The notes under the pieces were generated by a model. The model searched no databases. It had not been told where the DNA came from and was given only the letters and a program-made list of their open reading frames with translations. Source: Chiloscyllium plagiosum (Eukaryota). Taken from it: a DNA stretch of 20,000 nt. The stretch spans positions 7,696,276 to 7,716,275 of the forward strand of contig NC_057750.1 in assembly GCF_004010195.1 (NCBI RefSeq), given 5' to 3'. The position numbers and the translations under genes are program-made. Of the stretch, positions 8,967 to 18,054 are shown piece after piece. Every line of letters begins with the position of its first letter. Position 1 is the stretch's first letter.

Positions 8967-9064
8967 CTGGACAGAAACCAGGACACAACAGATCAGACTT
9001 TCAGGAACTTAGGGGGGTTCTGTACAGAGCATAGCCCCCTCTGCACTTACATCACTGCATCACC

Positions 9065-9255
9065 ATGGTATAGAGGTTTTGTTCCTGGACTATTAATCCG
9101 CCGACCCAGCTAATGATCTGGGGAGTGAGGTCTGAATCCCACCACAGCAGATGGAATTGGAGTTCAAGCTTTAACAAAAAGAAATCTGTAATCAAGAGTC
9201 TAACGATAGCAGGCTGTTTCTGGCAATCAGCCAATCTAGTTTACTAATATTCTTT
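9065..9255 (+). mobile_element. Second shark tRNA-derived SINE family, 5' half
   Basis: CTGGACTATTAATCC..GGTCTGAATCCCACCACAGCAGATGG..TCTAGTTTACTAATATTCTTTAG. The end matches 18083-18107; interrupted by a CR1. Confidence 0.6.
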
Positions 9256-9735
9256 AGAGTCATAATCAGAGATGAACCCTTCGGTCCAACTCGTCTATGC
9301 AGGCCAGATATTCTAAATTAATCTAGTCCCATTTGCCAGCACTTAGCCCATATCCATCCAAACCCTTCCTATTGATATAACCATCCAGATGCCTTTTAAT
9401 TGTTGTAATTGTACCAGCCTCCACCACTTCCCTCCGGCAGCTCATTCCATTCACGCACCACCCTCTGTGTGAAAAGGTTGCCCCTTATGTCCTTTTTAAA
9501 TCTTTCCCCTCTCACCCTAAACCTATGCCCTCCAGCTCTGGATTCCCCCACCCCAGGGAAAGGATCTTGTCTATTCACCCTATCCATGCCCCTCATGATT
9601 TTATAAAGCTCTGTAAGGTCACTCCTCAACCTCGGATGCTCCAGGAAAAACAGTCCCAGCCTATGCAGCCTCTCCTTATAATGCAAAACCTTTAACTCAG
9701 GCAACATCCTGCTCATTATTTTTTCTGAACCCTTA
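9256..9735 (-). mobile_element. CR1 LINE 3' fragment
   Basis: RMLPELKVLHYKERLHRLGLFFLE..DLTELYKIMRGMDRVN..GHRFRVRGERFKKDIRGNLFTQRVVREWNELPE. Confidence 0.93.
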
Positions 9736-9914
9736 GACCCCACTTTTCGGGTGAGCAATGTCTCATGGTCTAAAATCTTACAACCACAAATCCACAAGAT
9801 CACAGGATCCCTTCCCTGCACCAGAGTGTTTTTTTGGAAGGTGCCTCCTCGATGACATCCAAGGTTGACCCAGACAGATTTGAGATCTACGGGAGAGTCA
9901 GACAGACACATGAA

Positions 9915-10096
9915 ACCCAAGACATTGACTTCTCCCCCTCCTGATGCTGCCTGGCTTGCTTCTTCTCCCAGCCTCCTGCCTGCCTTGCTGTGTTCTCTCA
10001 GCCTCCTGCCTGGCTTGCTGTGTTCCCCCAGCCTCCTGCCTGTCCCTCCTGATGCTGCCTGCCTTGCTGTGTTCTCCCAGCCTCCTGCTTGTCTAA
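9915..10096 (+). repeat. Penelope pLTR-derived tail expanded into ~30-bp tandem units
   Basis: TGCCTGGCTTGCTGTGTTCTCCCAGCCTCC-like units at 9948, 9977, 10007 and 10056, embedded in a GATGCTGCCTG..GCTGTGTT..CCAGC pLTR-type terminus. Confidence 0.75.
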
Positions 10097-10185
10097 TATG
10101 AAATAGCAGCAGACAAAGATCATTCGGCCCAGCTTCACCATTCAGTAAGACTATGCGATTGTTTTTCAATTTCCAATCCCAGCTT

Positions 10186-10770
10186 TTTGATTTCATTTGA
10201 TTTATTATTGTCACATGAACCTAGGCACAGTGAAAAATTCTGTTTTGCGTTCGGGCGATAGGACAGGGCAGGGAATACAGTGTTTCAGCTGCAGAGAAGG
10301 TGCGCAAAGAGTGAGATCAACATTAAATTTAAAATTTGAGAGGTCCATTCAACAGCAGGGAAGAGCTGTTCTTGAATCTGTTGGCACATGCGTTTCAGCG
10401 TTTGTATCTTCTGCCCGATATTGGAAGATTATAACTGGAGTGGCAGGGGTCTTAGACAGTGCTGGGTGCCTTCCTGAGGCGGCTGGAAGTATAGACAGTC
10501 AATGGATGGGAGAAAGCAAATTACTGCGGATGCTGGAATCTGAAACCAAAAGAGAAAATGCTGGAAAATCTCAGCAGCTCTGGCAGCATCTGTACGGAGA
10601 GAAAGAACTGACGTTTTGAGTCTAACTGTCAGCTTTGACATAGGGTCAGTTAGACTCGAAACATCAGCTCTTTTCTCTCCTTACAGATGCTGCCAGAACT
10701 GCTCAGATTTTCCAGCATTTTCTCTTATGGTTTCAATGGATAGGAGGCTGGTTTGTGCGTTGGATTCAGC
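10186..10770 (-). mobile_element. Rex1-like LINE 3' fragment, interrupted at 10513-10732
   Basis: Minus strand PSID..YTS..LRKA.S..KTP..P..LPSGRRY..NRFKNS-like remnant plus a GTGACAATAATAAATCAAA tail; homologous to 16381-16620. Confidence 0.8.
10513..10732. mobile_element. Palindromic Penelope pLTR mini-element (family B), degenerate hammerheads
   Basis: Inverted arms centred near AGCT (10631-10634). Target-site duplication TCAATGGATGGGAG (10499-10512) and TCAATGGATAGGAG (10733-10746). Confidence 0.85.
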
Positions 10771-10774
10771 TCTT

Positions 10775-11072
10775 TGCAGTGTGGAAACAGGCCCTTCGGC
10801 CCAACAAGTCCACACCAACCCTCCAAAGAGTAACCCACCCAGACCCATTTCCCTCTGACTGATCCATCTAACACTATGGATAATTTAGCATGGCCAATTC
10901 ACCTAACCTGCAGAGTTTTGGACTGTGGGAGGAAACCGGAGCACTCGGAGGAAACCCACGCAGACACGGGGAGAACGTGCAAACTCCACACAGACGACAG
11001 TCACCCAAGGCGGGAATCAAACCTGGGAACCTGGTGCTGTGAGGCAGCAGTGCTAACCACTGAGCCACCGGG
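10775..11072 (-). mobile_element. HE1-type SINE
   Basis: Reverse-complement head GGTGGCTCAGTGGTTAGCACTGCTGCCTCACAGC and the conserved body. Confidence 0.92.
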
Positions 11073-11156
11073 CCACAGAGCGATTGCCATGCCAAGCTGA
11101 AATGGAAAGGATCTTTTCAATGGTTAAATTGCTAAGGGGCTTTACGGACATGGACC

Positions 11157-11358
11157 TTTCACTATTTTTATTACCCACACTAAACATTCCACAAGGAAAT
11201 TCATTTACGGTTCATAACTGGAGTTTTTTTTAAAAAAAAAGAGATACTCAAGTAAATAACATGAGGAAGAGAACAAGTTACTCCATCATAAAAACCGGAC
11301 TCAAAATTAAAATATGTATTAAAGTTATTCCCGTTTTATAAGACCATATGAAATAGGA
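11157..11358 (+). repeat. Diverged ~200-bp direct duplication, copy 2
   Basis: Shares the blocks listed for 6030-6230. Confidence 0.85.
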
Positions 11359-11621
11359 ACAGGCGCAGGCCATTCGGCCCGTTCCAGCCTGCTCTGTCAT
11401 TCAAATTGGATCATGGTCGATCTGACGTTCCTCACGTCCGCTTTCCTTCCCTTTCCCTTCACCCTCGATTCCCCGACCAATCAAGAATCTCTCTCAGCCT
11501 TAAATATACACAAGGACTCTGCCCCCACAGCTCTCTGTGGCAAGGGGTTCCACAGACACTCAACTCTCAGAACAAAGTCCTCCACAGCTCAGTCTTAAAT
11601 TCATTCCAAGAACTTGATTAA
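11338..11621 (-). mobile_element. CR1 3' fragment, third subfamily
   Basis: GCAGGCCATTCGGCCC..GCCTGCTC UTR, and on the minus strand WNPLPQRAVGAESL.IFKAE. Confidence 0.75.
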
Positions 11622-11811
11622 TCTGTGTCCCACTCCCCGAGCACATAATCGCATTCAAACATCAGCTCCTGTTGAAAGATCTTTACAGAAAAGGACACAG
11701 AGGTTTAGGAGCTGATGTGTTGTGTACCTGAAGCACTGCAGTGTTTTCTCTGAGTGCACCCAGCAGTAATACAGACCGAATGTGTTACTGTAGTTTCTAA
11801 TGGTATTAGGC

Positions 11812-12095
11812 AGAGTAACTGCCGTACCAAGCTGTGATGTATCCAGATAGGTTGCTTTCTGTGGTGCGTCTGTAAAAATTGCTCAGTGTCTTTACAGACA
11901 CGCTGAATTTCCTTAGCCTCCTGAGGAAGGAGAGACGTGCTTTCTTGATCTTTGTGGATGGACCAGAGACAGATAGTTGGTGATTGTCACTCCCAGGAAC
12001 CTGACACTCTCCACCGTTGGTGTCGATAGGGGTGTGCGTCCCACCTTGCTTCCTGAAGTCAACAACCACCTCTCATTTTGCTGATGTCGAGGGAG
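11812..12095 (-). mobile_element. Rex1-like RT fragment
   Basis: VVDFRKQ..HTPI..NG..KKARLSFLRRLRKFSVSVKTLSNFYRRTTESNLSGYITAWYG. Confidence 0.85.
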
Positions 12096-12129
12096 AGATA
12101 GTTAACCTTATGCCAACACTCAAATAGTC

Positions 12130-12430
12130 TTCGATTCCTTTAACCAACAAGAAATCTACGTGCCTCCCCTTCAAATATTCAACGACCCTACCTCTGGCTC
12201 CTTCTGAAGTGGAGAGTTCTAGTCCTTTGAAAAATAAAATCTCTTCTTTATACTGAGAGTGACCCTCTCCACCCCTAAACCCAAATGTGAAACTGTTCCC
12301 GCCCAACTGCAGACTGAACTGCAGGAGGAAATATCCTTTCCATGTACATCTTGCCAGGATTATTTAGGACCTTACACACTTCAATAAATTCTCCCCCTCA
12401 CTTCTGATCTCCAGCGGAAAACAAACCCAC
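12130..12430 (-). mobile_element. Old degenerate CR1 3' fragment
   Basis: CAAGAAATCTA..CTTCAAATATTCAA..GAGAGTTC is similar in layout to 11470-11620. Confidence 0.5.
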
Positions 12431-12482
12431 TCGAGGATTGTTGGTTAGCAGCCAGTAAACACTGAGTTCAGGCCACAATCAA

Positions 12483-12812
12483 GGGTGGCATGGTGGCTCA
12501 CAGCGCCAGAGACCCGGGTTCAATTCCCACCTCAGGCAACTGTCTGTGTGGAGTTTGTACATTCTCCCCGTGTCTGCGGGAGTTTCCTCCGGGTGCTCCG
12601 GTTTCCTCCCACAGTCCAAAAACGTGCAGGTTAGGTGAACTGGCCATGCTAAATTGCCCGTAGTGTTAGGTGAAAGGGTAAATGTAGGGGAATGGGTCTG
12701 GGTGGGTTGCGCTTCGGCAGGTTGGTGTGGACGTGTTGGGCCGAAGGGCCTGTTTCCACGTGTGGACGTGTTGGGCCGAAGGGCCTGTTTCCACACTGTA
12801 AGTAATCTAATC
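12483..12812 (+). mobile_element. HE1-type SINE inserted in a CR1 3' UTR remnant (12462-12900)
   Basis: HE1 body with a head deletion and a 35-bp tail duplication, flanked by AATCAA at 12477-12482 and 12809-12814. The flanks join into GGCCACAATCA..CAGCCTTGAT..GGGCTGAACGGCCTA. Confidence 0.88.
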
Positions 12813-13076
12813 AAACCAGCCTTGATTCGAGCCAATGGTGGGGGAAAACAGGCTTGATGGGCTGAACGGCCTAATTCTGGTCCTTTTTCTTCTATTCTTG
12901 TAAACTATCTTCACCACAGACTATTATTTATTAATCTACGGGATGTGAGCATCACTGGTTAGACCATTGCGGACACAGTTTATAGTTGCCTTGGAAACAA
13001 TTCTAAGTTCACTCAGCAGATCCCTGGGATTAGAGGTTGTTTCAGGAGGAAAATTTGAGCCCTTTTCTCCCCCTAA

Positions 13077-13232
13077 TTCACTCACGGGAATGTGAGCATC
13101 CCTAGCTGGGCCCAGCATTTCTTGCCCATCCCTAATTGCCCCAGAGGGCAGTTAAGAGTCAACCACATTGCTGTGGGTCTGGAGTCACATGTAGACCAGA
13201 CCAGGTAAGGGTGGCAGATTTCCTTCGCTGAG
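13077..13232 (-). mobile_element. Second shark SINE family, 3' half
   Basis: Reverse complement of GGAAATCTGCC..CCTTACCTGGTCTGG..GTGACTCCAGACCCACAGCAATGTGGTTGACTCTTAAC; same as 18361-18500. A related tail lies at 12925-13000. Confidence 0.75.
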
Positions 13233-13554
13233 CTTTATTAGTCAGGTGGAGAGAATGGAGAAAAATCAAATTATTTTGCATGCTTTTTAAAGAACAGAAC
13301 CTACTTTTACAAGACTGCAACTTTACTTTTAAATTTCGAAATGAACCCGCTCAGACAGGGTCTAGGCACAGCCCTGAGGCGGGAGAAACTTAAACCTGTC
13401 TCTTCAGGCCCAGAGCAAAAGGACACTACCAGTGCATTACAATTCTTTCACAAGAGCTCCACTCACTAAAACCAGAGACATAGCTTTAAAGAGGTATAAG
13501 CGCGAGTGAAAAAAGAGAGATCGAGGCAGAGCAAGCGAACAAGAGAAAGAGAGA

Positions 13555-13786
13555 TGAAAGCAAATTACTGCGGATGCTGGAATCTGAAGCCAAGAGAGAA
13601 AATGCTGGAAAATCTCAGCAGGTCTGGCAGCATCTGTAAGGAGAGAAAAGAGCTGACGTTTCAAGTCTCACTGACCCTTTGTCAAAGCTTTGACAAAGGG
13701 TCAGTTAGACTCGAAACGTCAGCTCTTTTCTCTCCTTACAGATGCTGCCAGACCTGCTGAGATTTTCCAGCATTTTCTCTTTGGGT
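13555..13786. mobile_element. Palindromic Penelope pLTR mini-element (family B)
   Basis: Near-perfect ~97-bp arms centred on GTCAAAGCTTTGAC (13681-13694). Target-site duplication AAGAGAAAGAGAGA at 13541-13554 and 13787-13800. Confidence 0.88.
13686..13724 (+). ncRNA. Variant minimal hammerhead ribozyme motif (U3-A8 core)
   Basis: AGCT-TTGACAA-A-GGGTC-AGTTA-GACTC-GAAAC-GTC-AGCT. Mirror copy on the minus strand at 13651-13689. Confidence 0.7.
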
Positions 13787-14107
13787 AAGAGAAAGAGAGA
13801 GAAAGCAAAGGCGAGCTAGAGTGAGTGAGCAAGACAAAAAGTGAGCGAGAAAGCGAGCGAGAAAGGGAGAAAGTGAGACACAGAGACATGAGAGACAGAC
13901 ACAAAGAGAGTATGAGTGTGTGGAAGTGTGAGAGAGAAAGAAAGAGTGAAAGAGAACGTAGAGAAAGAAAAAGTGTAAGGAGACATCATCTCACCTTTTA
14001 GAAATGACTTAATGTTCATCTAAATGGCTTGAAAGTATAGCAGTTTATATTGAGCACAGCAAGATCTCCGGAAAAAAGAAACCTGATTAAAAGTGGGAAT
14101 CAATACT

Positions 14108-14290
14108 TGTGTTTTTGTGTGTGTGCGTGCGTGTGTTTGTGTGTTTTTGTTTGCGTGTGTTTTCATGCGTGTGTATTTTCGTGTGTGTGTATGTTTTCAT
14201 GTGTCTGTTTTTGAGAGTGTGTTCTTGTGTGTGTACATGTGTTCGCGTGTGTGTGTTGGGGGGAGGAAGAGGGAGAGGAGGGGGAAGGGG
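14108..14290. repeat. Degenerate (TG)n tract followed by a G/A-rich stretch
   Basis: Visible dinucleotide low complexity. Confidence 0.85.
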
Positions 14291-14550
14291 AATGGAACTA
14301 ACAAACCATTTGTCACAAGTGGCCAACCATGTGGACAAGAAAGTCTTAATGTGGGCTCGAGCGACCAGGAACAGCCCTGTGTTCTTAATGCCTGCCATTG
14401 TGGATTGATCGTTAACCTGCTGGTCTTATCAGACCACGCCTACTGAGGCTATTCATGTCCTGGAGTAGGAATTGAACCAGGGGTTTTCAGCCCAGAGTTG
14501 GCAATGCTACCCCTTGGGCTACAGATCCTCAAGAAACCTTGTCGCATGAA

Positions 14551-14600
14551 GAGAGAGAGAGAGAGAGAGGGGGAGGGAGGGAGTGAGAGAGAGTGTGAGT
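14551..14600. repeat. (GA)n microsatellite
   Basis: GAGAGAGAGAGAGAGAGAGGGGGAGGGAGGGAGTGAGAGAGAG. Confidence 0.9.
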
Positions 14601-14861
14601 ATGTGGATTTTTTTTTAAACAAGGAGAAAATGTTTCATTCATTAGATGTACAAATAAATCGTCAAGCAATTCAAGTTCCTGAGATGCGAAAAGCACCTAA
14701 TATCTCTGGAGACGGAAATGCAAGAGGAAGTTTCTACCTGAGACAAAGCAGGCTTGACCCAAGAGCAGAAACACTCTTCCATTCTCCAGCCGCCAGCTAC
14801 CAATCCACCCCCTGCAGCTAACACAAAATTCAGCCAATTGGCTAATTTTTGCAATGGGGGA

Positions 14862-15387
14862 ATGTGAGGACTGCAGAGGCTGGAAAACAGAGTCAAAAAT
14901 GTGTTGCTGGAAAAGCACAGCAGGTCAGGCAACAGAGGAGCAGGAAAATTGACGTTTCAGCCATATGCCCTTTGTCAGGAATGAGGCTTTTGGGCCAGGA
15001 AGGGGAGCTGAGAGATAAATGGGAGGCGGGTGGGGAAGGTAGCTGGGATTACAATGGGTAGATGAAGGTGGGGTTAATGGTTGGTGGGGAAGGTGGAGCA
15101 GACAGGTGGGAAGGAAGATGCACAGGTCAAGAGGGTGGTGCCGAGTTGGAAGTTTGGGACTGGGCTAAGGTGGGGGCAGGGGAAATTAGGAAACTGGTGA
15201 AATCCACATTGATCCCGCATAGTTGGAGGGTCCCAAAGTGGAAGAGGAGATGTTCTTCCTCCAGGCGTCAGGTGGTTAGGGTTTAGTGACGGAGGCGGCC
15301 CAGGACCAGCATGTCCTTGGTGGAGTGGGAGGGGGAGTTGAAGTGTTCAGCCACGGGGCGGTGGGGTTGGTCAGTGCGGGTGTCCCA
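14862..15387 (-). mobile_element. Penelope-like element 3' end: GIY-YIG C-terminus, UTR, decayed hammerhead, pLTR end
   Basis: Minus translation WDTRTDQPHRPVAEHFNSPSHSTKDMLVLG..RLEEEHLLFHFGTLQLCGINVDFTSF. Hammerhead remnant CTGACAA-A-GGGC-ATAT-GGCT-GAAACGTC at 14951-14978. Confidence 0.88.
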
Positions 15388-15436
15388 AACATTTACTCAT
15401 GGGATACGGGGTGTTGCTGGACTCAAAGCTCCACAG

Positions 15437-15530
15437 CAGCCTATAGCCCAGAGGACTTAACATTGAGTTCTCAGATTTCAAATAACCTCCCTTCCCATTC
15501 CCCAATTCCCTTCTATTCCCTCACTCACCC
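15437..15530 (+). mobile_element. Short Penelope ORF-terminal fragment in the opposite orientation
   Basis: SL*PRGLNIEFSDFK* resembles the LQPxGLNxEF end of GIY-YIG ORFs. Confidence 0.55.
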
Positions 15531-16380
15531 TTTCTTGTTTGCTCTTATATAATGTTTCATGCAGTCTTTGCATGGAATCCTGTAAATTACATTAGTCTCG
15601 ATGGGTATCGGGCGTTTTATTCTGGTGAGCCATTGTCTGAGCATAGCTGTCAGTTTATGGCCTGTCATGAATCCCAGTGCTGGGAGAAGTCTGGCTGTCA
15701 GTTCGGAGATGTCTTTTATAGAAGTGAGAGAGTTAGGTTGTGGTATGTCCTCGTCGCATTGTATGTCTGTTAGAGTTCCTTCCCGGTCTCTGGCTCAAAA
15801 TCCCACAGAGTGCTTGGGAGTTACAAGGCAGTGTCTCACCACCAACCTCAAGAGCCCAGCCAGTAATGCTCATATCCCGTGAAGTAGTTGTTAAAAATTC
15901 CTTTGGGAAACATGGTGGCCTTTGGTGTTCCCAGCCAGATGCCAAAACACAGAGGACAATAACCATTCCACCAAATACTCCACAGGATTCGAGCATCGTA
16001 ACCTGAACTACCACTTTGGTGAGGGGACAAGAATGCCAGCACAGACGTTATCGATTGAAGTTCACCAAGTTGTGTCTGCCAGGGTGGGTAATGCCAAGAG
16101 CAGGGCTGGCAAACCAAGCTCCTGACCAGGGCCTGCTGGGAAAAGGGTCAGCCATGTCTCAAAGGACAGCAGATCCCCTCGGAGTAAGGAGGTGATGGGT
16201 TTGAGCCTCACTCGACTGCGACAGACAAGAGAGGAACTGTGCAGATTAGACAGAGATTCGGGGATGTTAAACCAAGGCACCGGCTGCCTTTTGGGGTGGA
16301 TTTGATAGAAGACCCTGTGGTCAACCATTCCAAACAGGAGCAGAGGTGGAAAACTCTGAGCCGACTGGGTGCATAAAAGA

Positions 16381-16620
16381 TTTGGTTTGATTTATTATTG
16401 TCACACGTACCTAGGTACAGTGAAAGGTTTCGTGCAGCGTGCAGTACAGATCATACACAAAGGGTAACAGAACAGGGCGAGGAATACAATGTTACAGCTG
16501 CAGAGAAGGTGCACACAAAGTGAGATCAACATTAAATTTAAAATTTGAAAAGGTCCAGTCCAGTAACAGCGGGGAAGAAACTGTTCTTGAACCTGTTGGT
16601 ACATGTACACAAACTTTTAT
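16381..16620 (-). mobile_element. Rex1-like LINE 3' end
   Basis: TTTGATTTATTATTGTCACACGTACCTAGGTACAGTGAAA; near-collinear with 10196-10400. Confidence 0.82.
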
Positions 16621-16624
16621 TTAT

Positions 16625-17150
16625 TAAAAGATGTTGGCAGGGTTGGAAGCTGAACACACTTGGGCTGTTTTCCCTGGAGCGGAGACAATTGGGAATGGCC
16701 AATAAACACTGACCTAGCCAATGATATCATGAATAAATTTTTTTGACAAACCCACAACATAAAGCAGGAACAAATAAGTGACCTGACAGAGGTTTATAAA
16801 ATCATGAGGGGTATGGATAGGGTAAATAGACAAGGTCTTTTCCCTGGGGTGGGGGGAGTCCAGAACGAGAGGGCACAGGTTTAGCATGAGAGGGGAAGAA
16901 TTTAAAAGGGACCTGAGGGGCAACTTTTTCACACAGAGGGTGGTACGTGTATGGAATGAGCGGCCAGAAGAAGAGGTGGAGGCTGGTACAATTGCAACAT
17001 TTAAAAAGCATCTGGATGGGTATATGAATAGGATGGGATTAAGAGGGATATGGGCCAAGTGCTAGCAAATGGGACTCTATTAGTTTAGGATATTTGGTCG
17101 GCATGGATGAGTTGGACTGAAGGGTCTGTTTCTGTGCTGTATGACTCTGT
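16625..17150 (+). mobile_element. CR1 LINE 3' fragment with a ~90-bp foreign insert at 16686-16777
   Basis: DLTEVYKIMRGMDRVN..RTRGHRFSMRGEEFKRDLRGNFFTQRVVRVWNERPEE; tail TGTGCTGTATGACTCT. Confidence 0.92.
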
Positions 17151-18054
17151 GCCCAATTTTCCAAACAGGAGCAGAAGCAGGGGGTGGGAAACTCTGAGCC
17201 AACAATTGAAACTAAAACAGACAATCAATACAGCAAGGCAGGCTTTTTTTGTTTGCAGTTTGTGGGAGCTTGCTGTGCTCCATTCGGCTGTCAGCGTTCC
17301 AACACTGCGACACTTTTGAAGGTGGTACAGAAGCACTCTGGGGTCTCCCTAAGGGTGCTATTTAAATGCAAGCCCTTGCAATTCTTTAAGCCACGCCTCC
17401 AGTTCAGCACAGTCCCAAGGGCCCCTGTCATATCCCTCAGTTCCCCACTGAACCAAGCAGCACCTGCTCAGAAACCTGTAAAGAATCAATATTGACTTCA
17501 GGTTGAACCAGACTGGAGCCATGGGTGTGGTAACACCGAAAGTTGCACTGGCATTACTGGGGAGTGGCAACTCCCTCTGACATGCAAAACTTTCTTTGAG
17601 AAATGGCTCCATCAGCAAAGTGACAATCACAGTGGTCCCCCCCCTCCCACCGAATAAACAGGAGGTTCATGTTCAAGTGTCTGCGCTCCACATGTCAATC
17701 TGATCTAGAAAGCAAGAGGAAGTTGGTGTTAAATTGAGATTAACCAAGATACAGCTGGTTTTTGCTCAGTGTTAAGGTTGTGTACTCCCCGTTTAGATTC
17801 CAGAGCAGATGAGGTGCACAGTGATGTCCCCTTTACCTATGCCAAATTACAAGCCTCCGCCCCAGTGAACCACTTCTCGCATGTTTCAAAAACCGCCTGC
17901 ATTTACACGGCGCCAGTGACCAGGTAAAGGGTCCCAAAGCAGGAAGGTATTAGGATCCAAACGTTTTACCTTTAGCTTTCCACCTCCAAGACACGCCTTA
18001 AGGTCGACCTCTTCGGGCTAAAGTTTGGTCAAAGAGGCAACATTTAATGAAAAG

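Larger units (their letters stand above)
13500..13975. repeat. GA-rich low-complexity tract hosting a palindromic insertion
   Basis: Degenerate (GA)n on both sides of 13555-13786. Confidence 0.8.
16185..17375 (+). mobile_element. Deu-domain SINE (SacSINE1/AmnSINE1-like) split by an insertion at 16363-17158
   Basis: B-box-like GGGTTTGAGCC and Deu-like GATGTTAAACCAAGGCACCGGCTGCC..GGTGGA..GACCCTGTGG..GGAGCAG. It resumes with GTTTGTGGGAGCTTGCTGTG..GCTATTTAAATGCAAG. Confidence 0.6.

Noticed and set aside
9396..10214. 272-aa ORF as a host gene
   Set aside because: It is a chance read-through of a pLTR minisatellite and a CR1 ORF2 remnant.
14087..14446. ORFs rich in Cys/Val or His/Thr
   Set aside because: They are translations of a degenerate (TG)n tract.
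17895..18050. Possible L2-type LINE tail remnants
   Set aside because: Only short recalled motifs match (GCATTTACACGGCGCC, TTGGTCAAAGAGG); too degenerate to call without alignment.
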